Assembly (NCBI GenBank): GCA_963801355.1
Contig: CAWDEM010000004.1
Span: 1,568,001-1,632,000, forward strand
Direction of reading: 5' to 3'
Length of the DNA: 64,000 bases
Origin: Ignavibacteriota bacterium
GTDB taxonomy: Bacteria; Bacteroidota; Ignavibacteria; UBA10030; UBA6906
Part shown: one piece after another, positions 31,314 to 42,180 of the stretch
Layout: every line of letters starts with the position of its first letter
How positions within the stretch are numbered: position 1 is the first letter of the stretch
Position numbers and translations under genes: made by a program
The notes under the pieces: model-generated
What the model saw: only the letters and a program-made list of their open reading frames with translations
Database searches by the model: none
Told to the model about the DNA's origin: nothing

Positions 31314-33122
31314 ATGACACGGGAGTCAGACAGCGAAGAGGGATCGAAGCCCGGCACGGTGATGACGGGAGCGGAAATTTTCGTGCGTTCGCTCATTGAA
31401 GAGAAAGTCGAGGTGCTCTTCGGATACCCCGGAGGAGCGACAATCGGCGTGTATGACGTGCTTCGTGATCTTTCCAACATCCAGCATGTTCTGACGCGGC
31501 ACGAACAGGGCGCGACACATGCCGCCGAAGGATACGCCCGGGTGACAGGCAAACCCGGCGTGGTACTTGTCACTTCAGGCCCCGGGGCAACAAACACGGT
31601 CACAGGAATCGCGGATGCCTACATGGATTCCCTGCCGCTCGTCGTGTTCACGGGCCAGGTACCGTTGCGGCTCATCGGCAACGACGCCTTCCAGGAAGCA
31701 GATATCGTCGGCATCACACGTCAGATTACCAAGCACAACTACCTCGTGCGGGATGTGACAGAACTCGCGAAGACGATCAAAGAGGCCTTTCACATCGCCG
31801 GCAGCGGCCGGCCCGGGCCCGTGCTGGTGGACCTGCCCAAAGATGTCATGGCACACACCGCGCCGTTCCACTATCCAGCGACAGTGGAGATGAGGAGCTA
31901 TAATCCCATTGTTGAAGGACACCAGAAGCAGTTGAAAAAGGCCGCGGATGTTATCAACGGGGCCGAGCGGCCCGTGCTCTATGTTGGCGGTGGTGTCATT
32001 CTGTCGGGTGCTGCAAAGGAGCTGACGGCCCTCGCGCGCAAGATGTCCTGTCCGGTCACCACTACTCTTCAGGGGCTGGGTGCTTTTCCGTCGAACGACC
32101 CCCTGTCAATGGGGATGCTGGGGATGCACGGCACCTGGTACTCCAACATGGCGGTGCATCATTGCGATGTCTTGATCGCCGTGGGGGCCCGCTTTGATGA
32201 CCGGGTAACAGGGAAAGTTGAAGAGTTCGCGCCGGAAGCGAAGGTCGTTCATATCGACATCGATCCATCCGCAATCAGCAAAAACGTTGCGGTGGATGTG
32301 CCGATCGTCGGAGATGTGAAGCGGGTTCTCAGCAGTCTGCTCCCCCTCGTCAGAAAACTCGACACCGCCGGATGGCAATCGAAGATTGCCGGGTGGAAAC
32401 GTGAGCATCCGCTGCGGTATCAATCGGGCCGGGAAATCCGTGCACAACAGGTTTTCCACTGCCTGGGCGAAGTTACCGGGGGAGAGGCGATTCTGGTCAC
32501 TGACGTCGGTCAGCACCAGATGTGGGCGGCGCAGTTCTTCCCCTGCATGGAGCCGCGGACGTTCGTCACTTCGGGAGGTCTGGGGACGATGGGGTTTTCG
32601 CTTCCTGCCGCAATGGGGGTGGCGTTCGCCCGTCCGAACCTGCCCATTGTTTCCGTCAGCGGCGATGGCGGCTTCCAGATGAATTCCCAGGAACTGACGA
32701 CGATTGTCCAGCACAAGCTCCCGGTGAAGATCTTCGTCATCAACAACGGGTTTCTGGGGATGGTCCGGCAATGGCAGGACCTCTTCTGGAAAGGGCGCTA
32801 TTCGCAGGTCGAAATGACAAGTCCGGATTTTGTGAAGCTTGCGGAAGCACACGGCTGTCCGGGTTTTCGTGCAACGACCTCGTCAGAAGTAGAGCCGCTG
32901 GTACGTCGCGCGATGGGGTACAGCGATGGCCCCGTGCTGGTCGAATTCGTGGTGGCACCGGAAGACAACGTCTACCCGATGATCCCGGCAGGCCAGACGG
33001 TGAAGGAAATGATTGACATCCCACTTGATCCGGGGGGTGAAGGTGTTACCGTATTCGTTCCAGGCAGTACCACGGCGGCACACATGAGAAAGGAGGAGCG
33101 CCATGGCGTCCGCATCCACTAG
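31314..33122 (+). CDS. ilvB: Acetolactate synthase large subunit
   Basis: FGYPGGA, RHEQGA, TSGPGATN, GMLGMHG, DVGQHQMW, GDGGFQMN. Confidence 0.96.
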   Translation: MTRESDSEEGSKPGTVMTGAEIFVRSLIEEKVEVLFGYPGGATIGVYDVLRDLSNIQHVLTRHEQGATHAAEGYARVTGKPGVVLVTSGPGATNTVTGIADAYMDSLPLVVFTGQVPLRLIGNDAFQEADIVGITRQITKHNYLVRDVTELAKTIKEAFHIAGSGRPGPVLVDLPKDVMAHTAPFHYPATVEMRSYNPIVEGHQKQLKKAADVINGAERPVLYVGGGVILSGAAKELTALARKMSCPVTTTLQGLGAFPSNDPLSMGMLGMHGTWYSNMAVHHCDVLIAVGARFDDRVTGKVEEFAPEAKVVHIDIDPSAISKNVAVDVPIVGDVKRVLSSLLPLVRKLDTAGWQSKIAGWKREHPLRYQSGREIRAQQVFHCLGEVTGGEAILVTDVGQHQMWAAQFFPCMEPRTFVTSGGLGTMGFSLPAAMGVAFARPNLPIVSVSGDGGFQMNSQELTTIVQHKLPVKIFVINNGFLGMVRQWQDLFWKGRYSQVEMTSPDFVKLAEAHGCPGFRATTSSEVEPLVRRAMGYSDGPVLVEFVVAPEDNVYPMIPAGQTVKEMIDIPLDPGGEGVTVFVPGSTTAAHMRKEERHGVRIH

Positions 33123-33645
33123 TGTGCGACGATCGGTTTCCGCGCCTGTGACCAGCAGGCGGCATACGATTTCAGTCCTGGTGGAGAACAAGTTCAATGC
33201 GCTCTCGCGCATTGCGGGACTGTTTTCGGCCAAGGGATATAATATTGAGAGTCTGAGTGTCGGACCCACGGAGGACGAAACCGTCTCCCGCATGACCATC
33301 GTGACAGAGGGGGATGATCCCATCATCGAACAAATCACGAAACAGCTGCATAAACTGATTGATACCATTAAGGTAATCGATCTCACGTTTGAAAGCTTCG
33401 TGGAGAGAGAGCTGGTGCTGCTGAAAATCCAGACCACAGCCGCGACTCGTCCGGAGATCATGCAAATCGCCGAAATCTTCCGTGCCAAGGTCGTGGATAT
33501 CAGTCCGCGCACGCTGACACTGGAGGCCACGGGCAGCCGGCAGAAAGTGGACGCAATCATCAAGATGCTCAAACCCTTTGTCATCAAAGAGTTGGCACGA
33601 ACGGGGCAGGTGGCACTCAAGAGGGAATTCCACGGCGAAGTGTGA
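33103..33645 (+). CDS. ilvN: Acetolactate synthase small regulatory subunit
   Basis: HTISVLVEN...LSRIAGLF...YNIESLSV; EQITKQLHKLID; ELARTG. Confidence 0.95.
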   Translation: MASASTSVRRSVSAPVTSRRHTISVLVENKFNALSRIAGLFSAKGYNIESLSVGPTEDETVSRMTIVTEGDDPIIEQITKQLHKLIDTIKVIDLTFESFVERELVLLKIQTTAATRPEIMQIAEIFRAKVVDISPRTLTLEATGSRQKVDAIIKMLKPFVIKELARTGQVALKREFHGEV

Positions 33646-33702
33646 CCGTTGTGGCTGGTGGATCCACAGACGACACTATGAAGAGAGAACGGAGAAGAAA
33701 CG

Positions 33703-35262
33703 ATGGACGACGACCGGGTACACATTTTTGACACGACGCTTCGTGACGGTGAGCAGTCCCCAGGTTGCAGCATGAATCTGGAAGAGAAACTCCGGATGGC
33801 GCGTCAGCTGGAGCGGCTGGGGGTGGACGTGATTGAGGCGGGGTTTCCCATCGCGTCAGTGGGAGATTTTGAGGCGGTAAGAGCCGTGGCGGAAACAGTG
33901 CAGCGACCGATTGTTGCAGGTCTCTGCCGTGCGGTCGAGGCCGATATATCGCGGGCCTGGGAAGCACTCAAGGCAGCCTCCCGGCCGCGCCTGCACACGT
34001 TTCTGGCGACCTCCGACATCCACCTCAAATACAAGCTCCGGAAGGAGCGTCCGGAGGTATTGAAGGCGGTAGACGCAGCGGTCCGCTATGCGCGTTCACT
34101 TTGTGCCGATGTCGAATTTTCCTGCGAGGATGCATCGCGGAGTGATATCGGCTTCCTCTGTGAAGTAGTGGAGGTGGCCATCGAGGCGGGCGCAGGGGTG
34201 ATCAACCTGCCCGATACCGTGGGATATGCGATGTCTTCCGAATACGGCGCGATGTTCCGCCAGGTGCGGGAACGCGTCCGGGGGATCGATCGCGCGGTGC
34301 TGAGCGCGCATTGTCACAATGATCTGGGCCTGGCTGTCGCCAATTCCATTGCCGCGATCGAGAACGGCGTGCGGCAGGTTGAATGCACGCTGAATGGGAT
34401 CGGCGAACGTGCGGGAAACGCCGCTCTTGAGGAGATCGTGATGGCGATAAAAACGCGTGGAGAACTCCTGGGTGTGCAGACGGGTATAGTAACGGAAGAG
34501 ATCATCAAATCCAGCCGCTTGCTGTCCAGCGTGACGGGCATGATGGTCCAGCGGAACAAGGCCATTGTGGGTGCGAACGCTTTTGCACACGAAGCCGGTA
34601 TTCATCAGGACGGCGTGCTGAAGAGCGCCATCACGTACGAGATCATGACCCCGCAATCCGTCGGGATCAAATACAACACGCTCGTCCTGGGGAAGCACTC
34701 GGGAAGACATGCGCTGAAGCAACGGTATGCCGACCTGGGCTACACGCTGTCGCCGGAAGAGCTGGAGAGCGCTTACACGGAGTTCTGTGCGATTGCCGAT
34801 CAGAAAAAGGAGGTTGCCGACGAAGAGCTCGTGGCTATTCTGGAAGACCGGGCGACCTCGCCGGAAGAGTACTATCACCTTGAAGAGCTTCACGTGAGTA
34901 CGGGGACGCGGGTTCGCCCCACGGCCACAGTGGAGCTGAGGAAAGGGGATACGCGGTTCGTGGATTCAGCCACGGGTGACGGCCCGGTGGATGCGGCATA
35001 CCGTGCCATCGAGCGCATCACCGGCATCGCCGGAAAGCTGACGGAGTATGTCCTCAAGTCGGTAAGCTACGGACACGACACGATCGGCGAAGCGTTTGTT
35101 CGCGTGGATTTTGACGGTGTGGTGTTCAATGGCCGCGCGGCAAGCACCGATGTCATTACAGGCAGCGTGAAGGCGTATCTCGAGGCACTCAACCGTGCGC
35201 AGAATGCCATTCGCTTGAAACATGCCGCCGCGGCTGCGACACCGGCGGAGGCGGGGGCATAG
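33703..35262 (+). CDS. leuA: 2-isopropylmalate synthase
   Basis: FDTTLRDGEQSPG, HCHNDLGLAVAN, GIGERAGN, HEAGIHQDG, GDGPVDA. Confidence 0.96.
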   Translation: MDDDRVHIFDTTLRDGEQSPGCSMNLEEKLRMARQLERLGVDVIEAGFPIASVGDFEAVRAVAETVQRPIVAGLCRAVEADISRAWEALKAASRPRLHTFLATSDIHLKYKLRKERPEVLKAVDAAVRYARSLCADVEFSCEDASRSDIGFLCEVVEVAIEAGAGVINLPDTVGYAMSSEYGAMFRQVRERVRGIDRAVLSAHCHNDLGLAVANSIAAIENGVRQVECTLNGIGERAGNAALEEIVMAIKTRGELLGVQTGIVTEEIIKSSRLLSSVTGMMVQRNKAIVGANAFAHEAGIHQDGVLKSAITYEIMTPQSVGIKYNTLVLGKHSGRHALKQRYADLGYTLSPEELESAYTEFCAIADQKKEVADEELVAILEDRATSPEEYYHLEELHVSTGTRVRPTATVELRKGDTRFVDSATGDGPVDAAYRAIERITGIAGKLTEYVLKSVSYGHDTIGEAFVRVDFDGVVFNGRAASTDVITGSVKAYLEALNRAQNAIRLKHAAAAATPAEAGA

Positions 35263-35265
35263 GCG

Positions 35266-36666
35266 ATGACACACCAGGCGCCCCGGACGTTGTTTGACAA
35301 GCTCTGGCAGGCACACGTGGTGCACGAAGAGCCGGATGCTCCGACGCTTCTGTACATTGACCTTCACCTGATTCATGAAGTGACCTCGCCCCAGGCGTTC
35401 GATGGTTTGAGACGGCGCGGACTCCGCGTGCGCCGTCCGGACCGCACCGTGGCGACCGTGGATCATAGCATTCCCACCGATCTGCGGCCGGTACGGGATG
35501 CTCTTGCGGCGAGTCAGATTGCCGCGCTCGAACACAATGCGCGCGAATTCGGTATCGCACTCTATGGATCCGGCCATCCGCAACGCGGCATTGTCCACGT
35601 CATCGGTCCAGAACTCGGGCTCACACAGCCCGGGATGACGATCGTGTGCGGAGACAGCCACACCTCGACGCACGGGGCATTCGGTGCACTTGCATTCGGT
35701 ATCGGCACGAGCGAGGTGGAGCATGTCTTTGCGAGTCAATGCCTCCTCCAGCAGAAACCACGGTCCTGCGAAGTGCGGATCGAAGGCACGCTGGGCAAGG
35801 GTGTTGGTGCCAAAGATGTCATCCTCGCGCTTCTCGCACGAATCGGCGTGGGTGGGGGAACGGGTCGTGTTTTTGAATACACCGGCCCCGTCGTCCGCTC
35901 CTTTTCGATGGAAGAGCGTATGACCCTCTGCAATATGTCGATTGAGGGAGGAGCACGGGCAGGAATGGTCGCAGCTGACGACACGACATTCTCATATCTC
36001 GCCGGCCGCGAGTTCGCACCGGCGGCATATGATGCTGCCGTGAAACGCTGGGGATCGTTCCGCAGTGATGACGGTGCGCGTTACGACATGACGATCGGTC
36101 TGGATGTGACGCGCCTTGCACCGATGGTGACGTTTGGAACGAATCCGGGGATGGGTGCACAGATCACGGCGACCGTGCCCGATCCTGCGGGTGTCGGTGA
36201 TGCGTCGGAGCGTGCGTCGCTGCTCAAGGCGCTTGACTACATGGGGCTGAAACCCGGGAGCCGGCTGACCGGCCATCCGATCGATGTGGTATTTATCGGC
36301 AGCTGCACCAACTCAAGAATCAACGATCTCCGCCAGGCAGCATCGGTGATGCGAGGAAGAAAGGTGGCTGGTTCTGTGCGTACCCTCGTCGTGCCCGGCT
36401 CCTACGCAGTGAAACGGCAGGCGGAAGCCGAGGGCCTGGACCGGGTCTTCTTGGAAGCGGGCGCCGAATGGCGGGAGCCCGGCTGCTCGATGTGCATTGC
36501 GATGAACGGCGATGAAGTGCCTCCGGGGAAATACGCGGTGAGTACCAGTAACCGGAACTTCGAAGGTCGCCAGGGAAAAGGAAGCCGCACGTTCCTTTCG
36601 TCGCCGTTGACCGCAGCGGCCTCGGCTGTCACCGGGTGTCTTACGGACGTCAGGAGCATGCTATGA
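35266..36666 (+). CDS. leuC: 3-isopropylmalate dehydratase large subunit
   Basis: [44 protein letters not shown]. Confidence 0.96.
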   Translation: MTHQAPRTLFDKLWQAHVVHEEPDAPTLLYIDLHLIHEVTSPQAFDGLRRRGLRVRRPDRTVATVDHSIPTDLRPVRDALAASQIAALEHNAREFGIALYGSGHPQRGIVHVIGPELGLTQPGMTIVCGDSHTSTHGAFGALAFGIGTSEVEHVFASQCLLQQKPRSCEVRIEGTLGKGVGAKDVILALLARIGVGGGTGRVFEYTGPVVRSFSMEERMTLCNMSIEGGARAGMVAADDTTFSYLAGREFAPAAYDAAVKRWGSFRSDDGARYDMTIGLDVTRLAPMVTFGTNPGMGAQITATVPDPAGVGDASERASLLKALDYMGLKPGSRLTGHPIDVVFIGSCTNSRINDLRQAASVMRGRKVAGSVRTLVVPGSYAVKRQAEAEGLDRVFLEAGAEWREPGCSMCIAMNGDEVPPGKYAVSTSNRNFEGRQGKGSRTFLSSPLTAAASAVTGCLTDVRSML

Positions 36667-37283
36667 GTGCCGGGACCACGGAGTTTGGTCGCGAGCCGTT
36701 CCGAACGGTCACCTCGCGAATCGCTGTTCTTCCGCAGGACAACATCGATACCGATCAGATCATCCCGGCCCGGTTTCTGAAAGTCACCGACAAGGCGGGA
36801 ATCGGAATGCACCTGTTCGAGGACCTGCGCCGCGGTCCGGACGGTGCATTGCGCGCGGATTTCCCCCTGAACAAGCCCGGGAACCGGGGGGCGGCAATCC
36901 TCCTGGCAGGCAACAATTTCGGCTGCGGGTCTTCGCGTGAGCATGCCCCCTGGGCACTTGCCGGCGCCGGCTTCCGTGCAGTCATCAGCACATCGTTTGC
37001 GGACATTTTCAAATCCAATGCGTTGAAGAATGGACTCCTGCCGGTCGTGGTTGACACCGCGACCTGGTCGGCATTGGCCGAGGTTGCCGCTTCGGGTGGG
37101 ACCATTGATGTCGATCTGTCCGAAGAGGAAGTCAGATGGCCGGAAGGGAAGGCGGGGTTCTCGATCGATCCTTTTGCGCGAACATGCTTGCTGCACGGTA
37201 CCGATGAACTCGGCTACATACTCGATCATGAGAAGGAAATCGCAGCGTTTGAACGGCGCCGGGAACAGGGGGAGCATCCGTGA
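36663..37283 (+). CDS. leuD: 3-isopropylmalate dehydratase small subunit
   Basis: [28 protein letters not shown]; ATGA overlap with leuC. Confidence 0.96.
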   Translation: MSAGTTEFGREPFRTVTSRIAVLPQDNIDTDQIIPARFLKVTDKAGIGMHLFEDLRRGPDGALRADFPLNKPGNRGAAILLAGNNFGCGSSREHAPWALAGAGFRAVISTSFADIFKSNALKNGLLPVVVDTATWSALAEVAASGGTIDVDLSEEEVRWPEGKAGFSIDPFARTCLLHGTDELGYILDHEKEIAAFERRREQGEHP

Positions 37284-38341
37284 CTGCGCAGATCATCGTA
37301 CTTCCCGGAGACGGCATAGGGCCGGAAGTGACGAAGGAGGCGGTGAATGTCCTGCGGGCTGTTGCCAGAAAATTCGGGCATGTGTTTGTGTTTGAAGAGC
37401 ACCCGTTTGGCGGGGCCTCGGTGGACATGCACGGCGTTCCGATCACGGAGGGGACCCTTGCGGCGTGCAGAAGGTCTTCGGCAATCCTGCTCGGTGCGGT
37501 TGGCGGTCCACAATGGGACAGCCGGCCTGTGGACATCCGGCCCGAGCGCGGACTCCTCAGGCTCAGGAAGGAACTCGGGCTGTATGCGAATCTCAGACCC
37601 GTGCGGGTGCATCCGGCGCTTGCCGGTTCCTCTCCGCTGAAGGAACATCTCCTGCGTGATATCGACATGGTTGTCGTGCGCGAATTGACGGGGGGCCTGT
37701 ACTTCGGGAAGCCGCGCTTCACCAGGGAGGAGGGTGGCACGGTGAGGTCAGTCGACACGCTTGAATATACGCGAACGGAAATCGCGCGTATCGTGGATCT
37801 CGCGTTCAGGCTTGCGTCAAAGCGGAAACGAAAAGTGACTTCCGTTGACAAAGCGAATGTGCTGGATACTTCGCGGCTGTGGCGGAAGACCGCCACGGAA
37901 ATCTCGGCGTCGTACCCGGGGGTCGTGCTGGAGCACATGCTTGTCGACACCGCGGCAATGCGTCTGGTGTCCGCGCCTGCGTCGTTCGACGTGGTTGTGA
38001 CCGAAAACATGTTCGGCGATATTCTCACCGATGAGGCTTCCGTGCTGGCCGGTTCGATGGGCATGCTTCCGTCAGCATCACTCGGGGACGCTGGTCCGGG
38101 TCTCTTCGAACCAATCCATGGATCCGCTCCCGATATTGCCGGCCTCGGCGTTGCGAACCCCGTGGGTGCCATCCTGAGCGCAGCCATGCTGCTCCGCTAT
38201 TCGCTCGGCAAAGAAGAGGAAGCGTGTGCTGTGGAGAGCGCGGTGTACGGAACGATCGAGGCAGGACTGCGGACCCCGGATCTCGGCGGGACGCAAACGA
38301 CCCGGCAGGTCGGTGCCCGGATACTGCAAGGTTTCAACTGA
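37280..38341 (+). CDS. leuB: 3-isopropylmalate dehydrogenase
   Basis: LPGDGIGPEV, RELTGGLYFG, VDKANVL, NMFGDILTDE, EPIHGSAPDIAG. Confidence 0.96.
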   Translation: MTAQIIVLPGDGIGPEVTKEAVNVLRAVARKFGHVFVFEEHPFGGASVDMHGVPITEGTLAACRRSSAILLGAVGGPQWDSRPVDIRPERGLLRLRKELGLYANLRPVRVHPALAGSSPLKEHLLRDIDMVVVRELTGGLYFGKPRFTREEGGTVRSVDTLEYTRTEIARIVDLAFRLASKRKRKVTSVDKANVLDTSRLWRKTATEISASYPGVVLEHMLVDTAAMRLVSAPASFDVVVTENMFGDILTDEASVLAGSMGMLPSASLGDAGPGLFEPIHGSAPDIAGLGVANPVGAILSAAMLLRYSLGKEEEACAVESAVYGTIEAGLRTPDLGGTQTTRQVGARILQGFN

Positions 38342-38408
38342 GAAAGAAAGATGGCGAACCCAAAATTGTAATCGAAACACACAAGTATTCATGAGCAAGG
38401 AGAAACCA

Positions 38409-39464
38409 ATGGCAATCATGGATTTTGGCGGGGTCAAAGAGGAAGTCATCACCCGTGAAGAATTTCCCCTGCAGAAGGCGCAGGCTCTGTTGAAGAAGGA
38501 GGTCGTGGGGATTCTGGGTTATGGCCCGCAGGGACACGGTCAGGGTCTCAACCTTCGCGACAACGGCATCGACGTGATCCTGGGTCAGCGCAAGGGTGGA
38601 CGTGGATGGCAGGAAGCGGTGCGGGATGGGTGGGTAGAGGGCAGAACGTTGTTTGATGACATCGAAGACGTCGTGCGCCGTTCGACAATGGTGCTGTACC
38701 TGTTGTCCGATGCCGGACAGAAGGAACAGTGGCCGCTGGTAAAGAGGAACCTCCACAAGGGGCAAGCGCTCTGTTTTTCTCACGGCTTTTCCATTGTCTA
38801 CCGAGATCAAACCGGAGTCGTGCCGCCGGACGACGTGGATGTCATACTGGTCGCGCCGAAGGGCTCGGGGCGCACCGTCCGGACAAACTACCTCGCAGGC
38901 AGCGGGATCAATTCCAGCTTCGCAGTGCACCAGGACGTCACGGGCAGAGCGCGCGAACGAGTGCTCGCACTCGGGATCGCGATCGGTTCGGGCTACCTCT
39001 TCCCGACTTCGTTCGAAAAAGAGGTCTACAGCGACCTGACGGGTGAGCGTGGAGTGCTGCTCGGAGCAATCGCCGGCCTGATGAAGGCCCAGTACGAACT
39101 CCTGCGCTCAAAAGGCCACACCCCGAGCGAGGCGTTCAATGAAACGGTCGAGGAGGCCACGCAGAGTCTGTATCCGCTGATGGGACAGAACGGTGTGGAC
39201 TGGATGATCGGTGCCTGCAGCACGACCGCCCAGCGGGGGGCGCTTGATTGGGCGAAGAAGTTTGAAGAAGCAACCAGGCCGCTATTCTCCTCTTTATATG
39301 AAGCGGTGCATAACGGCACGGAAACGCGCCGGGTGCTGGAAACGTGCGGGGCTGCCGGCTACCGGGACCGCCTCGAAAGCGAACTGGACGAGTGGCGGAA
39401 TTCCGAGATGTGGCGTGCCGGCGCTACGGTTCGCTCCCTGCGGCCCGAGAAGTGGAAAAAGTAA
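38409..39464 (+). CDS. ilvC: Ketol-acid reductoisomerase (Bacteroidota/fungal-like type)
   Basis: GYGPQG, LSDAGQ, FSHGF, VAPKGSG, SDLTGERGVL, PSEAFNETVEE, CSTTAQRGALDW; AAGGAG RBS before 38409. Confidence 0.95.
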   Translation: MAIMDFGGVKEEVITREEFPLQKAQALLKKEVVGILGYGPQGHGQGLNLRDNGIDVILGQRKGGRGWQEAVRDGWVEGRTLFDDIEDVVRRSTMVLYLLSDAGQKEQWPLVKRNLHKGQALCFSHGFSIVYRDQTGVVPPDDVDVILVAPKGSGRTVRTNYLAGSGINSSFAVHQDVTGRARERVLALGIAIGSGYLFPTSFEKEVYSDLTGERGVLLGAIAGLMKAQYELLRSKGHTPSEAFNETVEEATQSLYPLMGQNGVDWMIGACSTTAQRGALDWAKKFEEATRPLFSSLYEAVHNGTETRRVLETCGAAGYRDRLESELDEWRNSEMWRAGATVRSLRPEKWKK

Positions 39465-39479
39465 AGGGGATCAGCTATC

Positions 39480-40373
39480 TTGCTTGCTATGATCTCGAGT
39501 GCCGGGCCATCTTACCAGTCATCGGTCAAGTCTGACGTCTCCGATGAACTGATCAATGTATATCTCCTCCGACCCATCGCCCACCAATTTGTCCGCGTTC
39601 TGTATCCAACCCGCGTGACTCCAAACCAGGTGACGGTGGCCTCAATCATTGCAGGGTTCGTGTCGGGAGGAGTCTATGCGTTTGGCGGTCCAATCTGGTA
39701 CCCGTTGGCAGGGCTTCTGGTTACGCTCAAAGATCTTCTTGACTCCGCGGACGGTCAGCTAGCGCGGGCAAAGCAGCTGTACAGCCGGCGGGGGCGCTTT
39801 CTGGACTCGGTGGGTGATATTGCGGTGAACCTGGTCGTGTTCGGCGCGATATCATTTTCAGTGTATCAGGAAACAGGCTGGTTTCCGATATTCCTTTTCG
39901 GACTGATGGGTTTCCTGGGTATCTCGCTTCGTGTGTCCTACCATGTCTTCTACCAAACATCGTTTCTCCATTTGCAGAGCGCCTATGAGTTGAACCGGGT
40001 CACGGAAGAGGTTCAAACAGGGGATCTGGCGGGCGATCCACGCACCTTGCTGATGCAGAGGCTGTTCCTTGTTCTGTATGGCTGGCAGGATAGACTCATG
40101 ATGCGAATTGACAGCTGGTCATTGAAAGGCGTCAGCAATCCCCGGCCGGAATGCTGGTACGGAGACCGGACTGCGTTGAGACTCTCAGGATTTCTCGGGC
40201 TTGGGACTGAGTTGTTCATTCTCATGATCTTCTCGGTGTTTCGCAGGCTTGACTGGTATCTTGCGGTGAACGTATTGGGCCTGAACGCGGTGTGGGTACT
40301 CTGCATTGTGTACAGGAGAGTGTTTCTTGCGCGGCGACTGGAGAGAGAGGATTTCCTCAGGCGCCCGACCTGA
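39480..40373 (+). CDS. CDP-alcohol phosphatidyltransferase family protein
   Basis: TPNQVT and DSADGQLAR...GRFLDSVGD signature; several TM helices. Confidence 0.88.
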   Translation: MLAMISSAGPSYQSSVKSDVSDELINVYLLRPIAHQFVRVLYPTRVTPNQVTVASIIAGFVSGGVYAFGGPIWYPLAGLLVTLKDLLDSADGQLARAKQLYSRRGRFLDSVGDIAVNLVVFGAISFSVYQETGWFPIFLFGLMGFLGISLRVSYHVFYQTSFLHLQSAYELNRVTEEVQTGDLAGDPRTLLMQRLFLVLYGWQDRLMMRIDSWSLKGVSNPRPECWYGDRTALRLSGFLGLGTELFILMIFSVFRRLDWYLAVNVLGLNAVWVLCIVYRRVFLARRLEREDFLRRPT

Positions 40374-40779
40374 ATCCCAGCCGCGTCCTCCGCTGCCCTC
40401 CCTCACCGGAGTCGATGAATTCCACGCTGACCGGCGAGCCGATGCGGATCGTTTCGGGATGACGCACATCCACACCGAGAATCTGCGCGCTGATCGCCGG
40501 TCCTTCCTCCAGCCGTACTATCCCGGTGCAGTAGGGGTTGTCGCGTCCGTAGCCCTCGCGGATCATCGCTGTCGGAGCGATGTAGATGATGGAGAATGCT
40601 GCGAGTGTGCCCCTGCCGCTCAGCGGTACCCATTCCAAATCACATTCCCGTTGTGCGGGTGCGAGCGGTTTCGGGGGTACATAGACATCCTGTGAGGCGG
40701 CCGACCGGACTCCCATGAGCCTGTGCTCGCGGAGCAATTGCATGAAGGCCGAGTGCGTAAAGTCGGTTGTGGTGCTCAT
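40357..40779 (-). CDS. DUF35 (Zn-ribbon + OB-fold) thiolase partner protein
   Basis: VYVPP, WVPLSGRGTL, PY..GIVRLEEGP.I.AQI, IRIG.PV.VEF; directly downstream of the thiolase. Confidence 0.85.
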   Translation of the reverse strand: MSTTTDFTHSAFMQLLREHRLMGVRSAASQDVYVPPKPLAPAQRECDLEWVPLSGRGTLAAFSIIYIAPTAMIREGYGRDNPYCTGIVRLEEGPAISAQILGVDVRHPETIRIGSPVSVEFIDSGEGGQRRTRLGFRSGA

Positions 40780-40780
40780 G

Positions 40781-42046
40781 CTATGACCTCCTCTCAAAAA
40801 TGTGGACCACGCATGTTTGCCCGGTTCCTCCCACATTGTGCGTGAGTCCAAGTGCGGGTCCCCCGGGCACCTGCCGCGCACCCGCCTCGCCGCGCAGTTG
40901 CTTCCAGATTTCCACGACCTGCCCGACGCCGGAGGCCCCGACAGGGTGGCCTTTGGATTTCAATCCACCGGATGAATTCACCGGTCGGACACCATCACGA
41001 CGAGTGCTCCCTTCCATTGCCGCTTTGCGACCCTCTCCGGCCTCGAAGAAACCCAGGTCCTCGGTAGCAATGATTTCGGCGATGGTGAAGCAATCATGGA
41101 CTTCCGCCACCCTGATGTCGCGGGCGTTAATGCCGGCCATTGCGTAGGCCTCCGCTGCCGCCCGCCGTACCGCGCCAATGGATGTGAAGTCGCTCCTGCT
41201 GTGAAGGGCCACATCGCTGGACTGTCCGCTCCCGGTGATATAGAGGGGGGTGGCGCTATAGCTTCTGGCGCGGTCTTCTGCGACGAGCAGGAGTGCAGCC
41301 GCGCCATCCGAGATGGGGGAGCAGTCAAACAGGCGCAGTGGCCATGCGATGGGAGGGTTCGCACGGTCATCGCTGAGAAACGCCCTTTCGTCCGCCCAGT
41401 CGGGCACCGGTTTCCCCTTTTGTCGTGCGGCCGTCTTTTTCGCGGCGATAATGTCGGCGATGCGCGTGCCGAATTGCGCTTTCGGATTGAGGCTGCCGTT
41501 GTCATGGTTCTTTATCGTAACCTGCATGAGTGCCTCTGCAACTGCCCCATGCCGGGCTATGTAGGCGGTTGCCATGGCTGCATAAAACCCGGGAAAGGTG
41601 AAACCCGCGGGTATCTCGTAGAGAACGTCGCCCGCAGTGGCGAGTGTGTCTGTGACGCGTTCAGTCGGCAGCGCGGTCATCTTTTCAATTCCGCCTACGA
41701 GCACAACATCATACAGCCCTGAAGCGATGGCCAGGATGGCCTGTCTGATGGCGGCACCGCCGCTGGCGCAGGCATTTTCGATGCGCGTTGACGGCCGGGG
41801 CGTCAGCCCGACCCATTCGGTCATGATCGGAGCGGTGTGTCCCTGCCCCTCGAACAGTTCGCTGCTGAAGTTGCCGACAAAGACCGCCTCGATGTCCGAA
41901 GGGGAGATGCTTTTGTCGACCGTCCCGAGCATATCCAGATAGGCCTGCACAAACAGATCCCTGGATGTCAATTTCGGAAATACGCCGAAGCCGCTCATGC
42001 CCGCGCCAACAAGTGCCACGCCGCGGCCGAGTTTACGATGAGCCAT
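40781..42046 (-). CDS. SCP2/archaeal-type thiolase (acetyl-CoA acetyltransferase domain protein)
   Basis: ENACASG, GIEKM, DCSPISDGAA, EVHDCF, GHPVGASG, HNVGG. Confidence 0.92.
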   Translation of the reverse strand: MAHRKLGRGVALVGAGMSGFGVFPKLTSRDLFVQAYLDMLGTVDKSISPSDIEAVFVGNFSSELFEGQGHTAPIMTEWVGLTPRPSTRIENACASGGAAIRQAILAIASGLYDVVLVGGIEKMTALPTERVTDTLATAGDVLYEIPAGFTFPGFYAAMATAYIARHGAVAEALMQVTIKNHDNGSLNPKAQFGTRIADIIAAKKTAARQKGKPVPDWADERAFLSDDRANPPIAWPLRLFDCSPISDGAAALLLVAEDRARSYSATPLYITGSGQSSDVALHSRSDFTSIGAVRRAAAEAYAMAGINARDIRVAEVHDCFTIAEIIATEDLGFFEAGEGRKAAMEGSTRRDGVRPVNSSGGLKSKGHPVGASGVGQVVEIWKQLRGEAGARQVPGGPALGLTHNVGGTGQTCVVHIFERRS

Positions 42047-42180
42047 GATGGTCCTCCTGGAATCCAGAACGCGTGTATCTGCGAAGAAGTTCGGTCGGCC
42101 GGTGCATCCGGCAATGCAGTGAACGCCGGCGGGTATCGCGGTACACCGTTAATGCGAAATGGTTGTGCGGGTGTGGGCGC

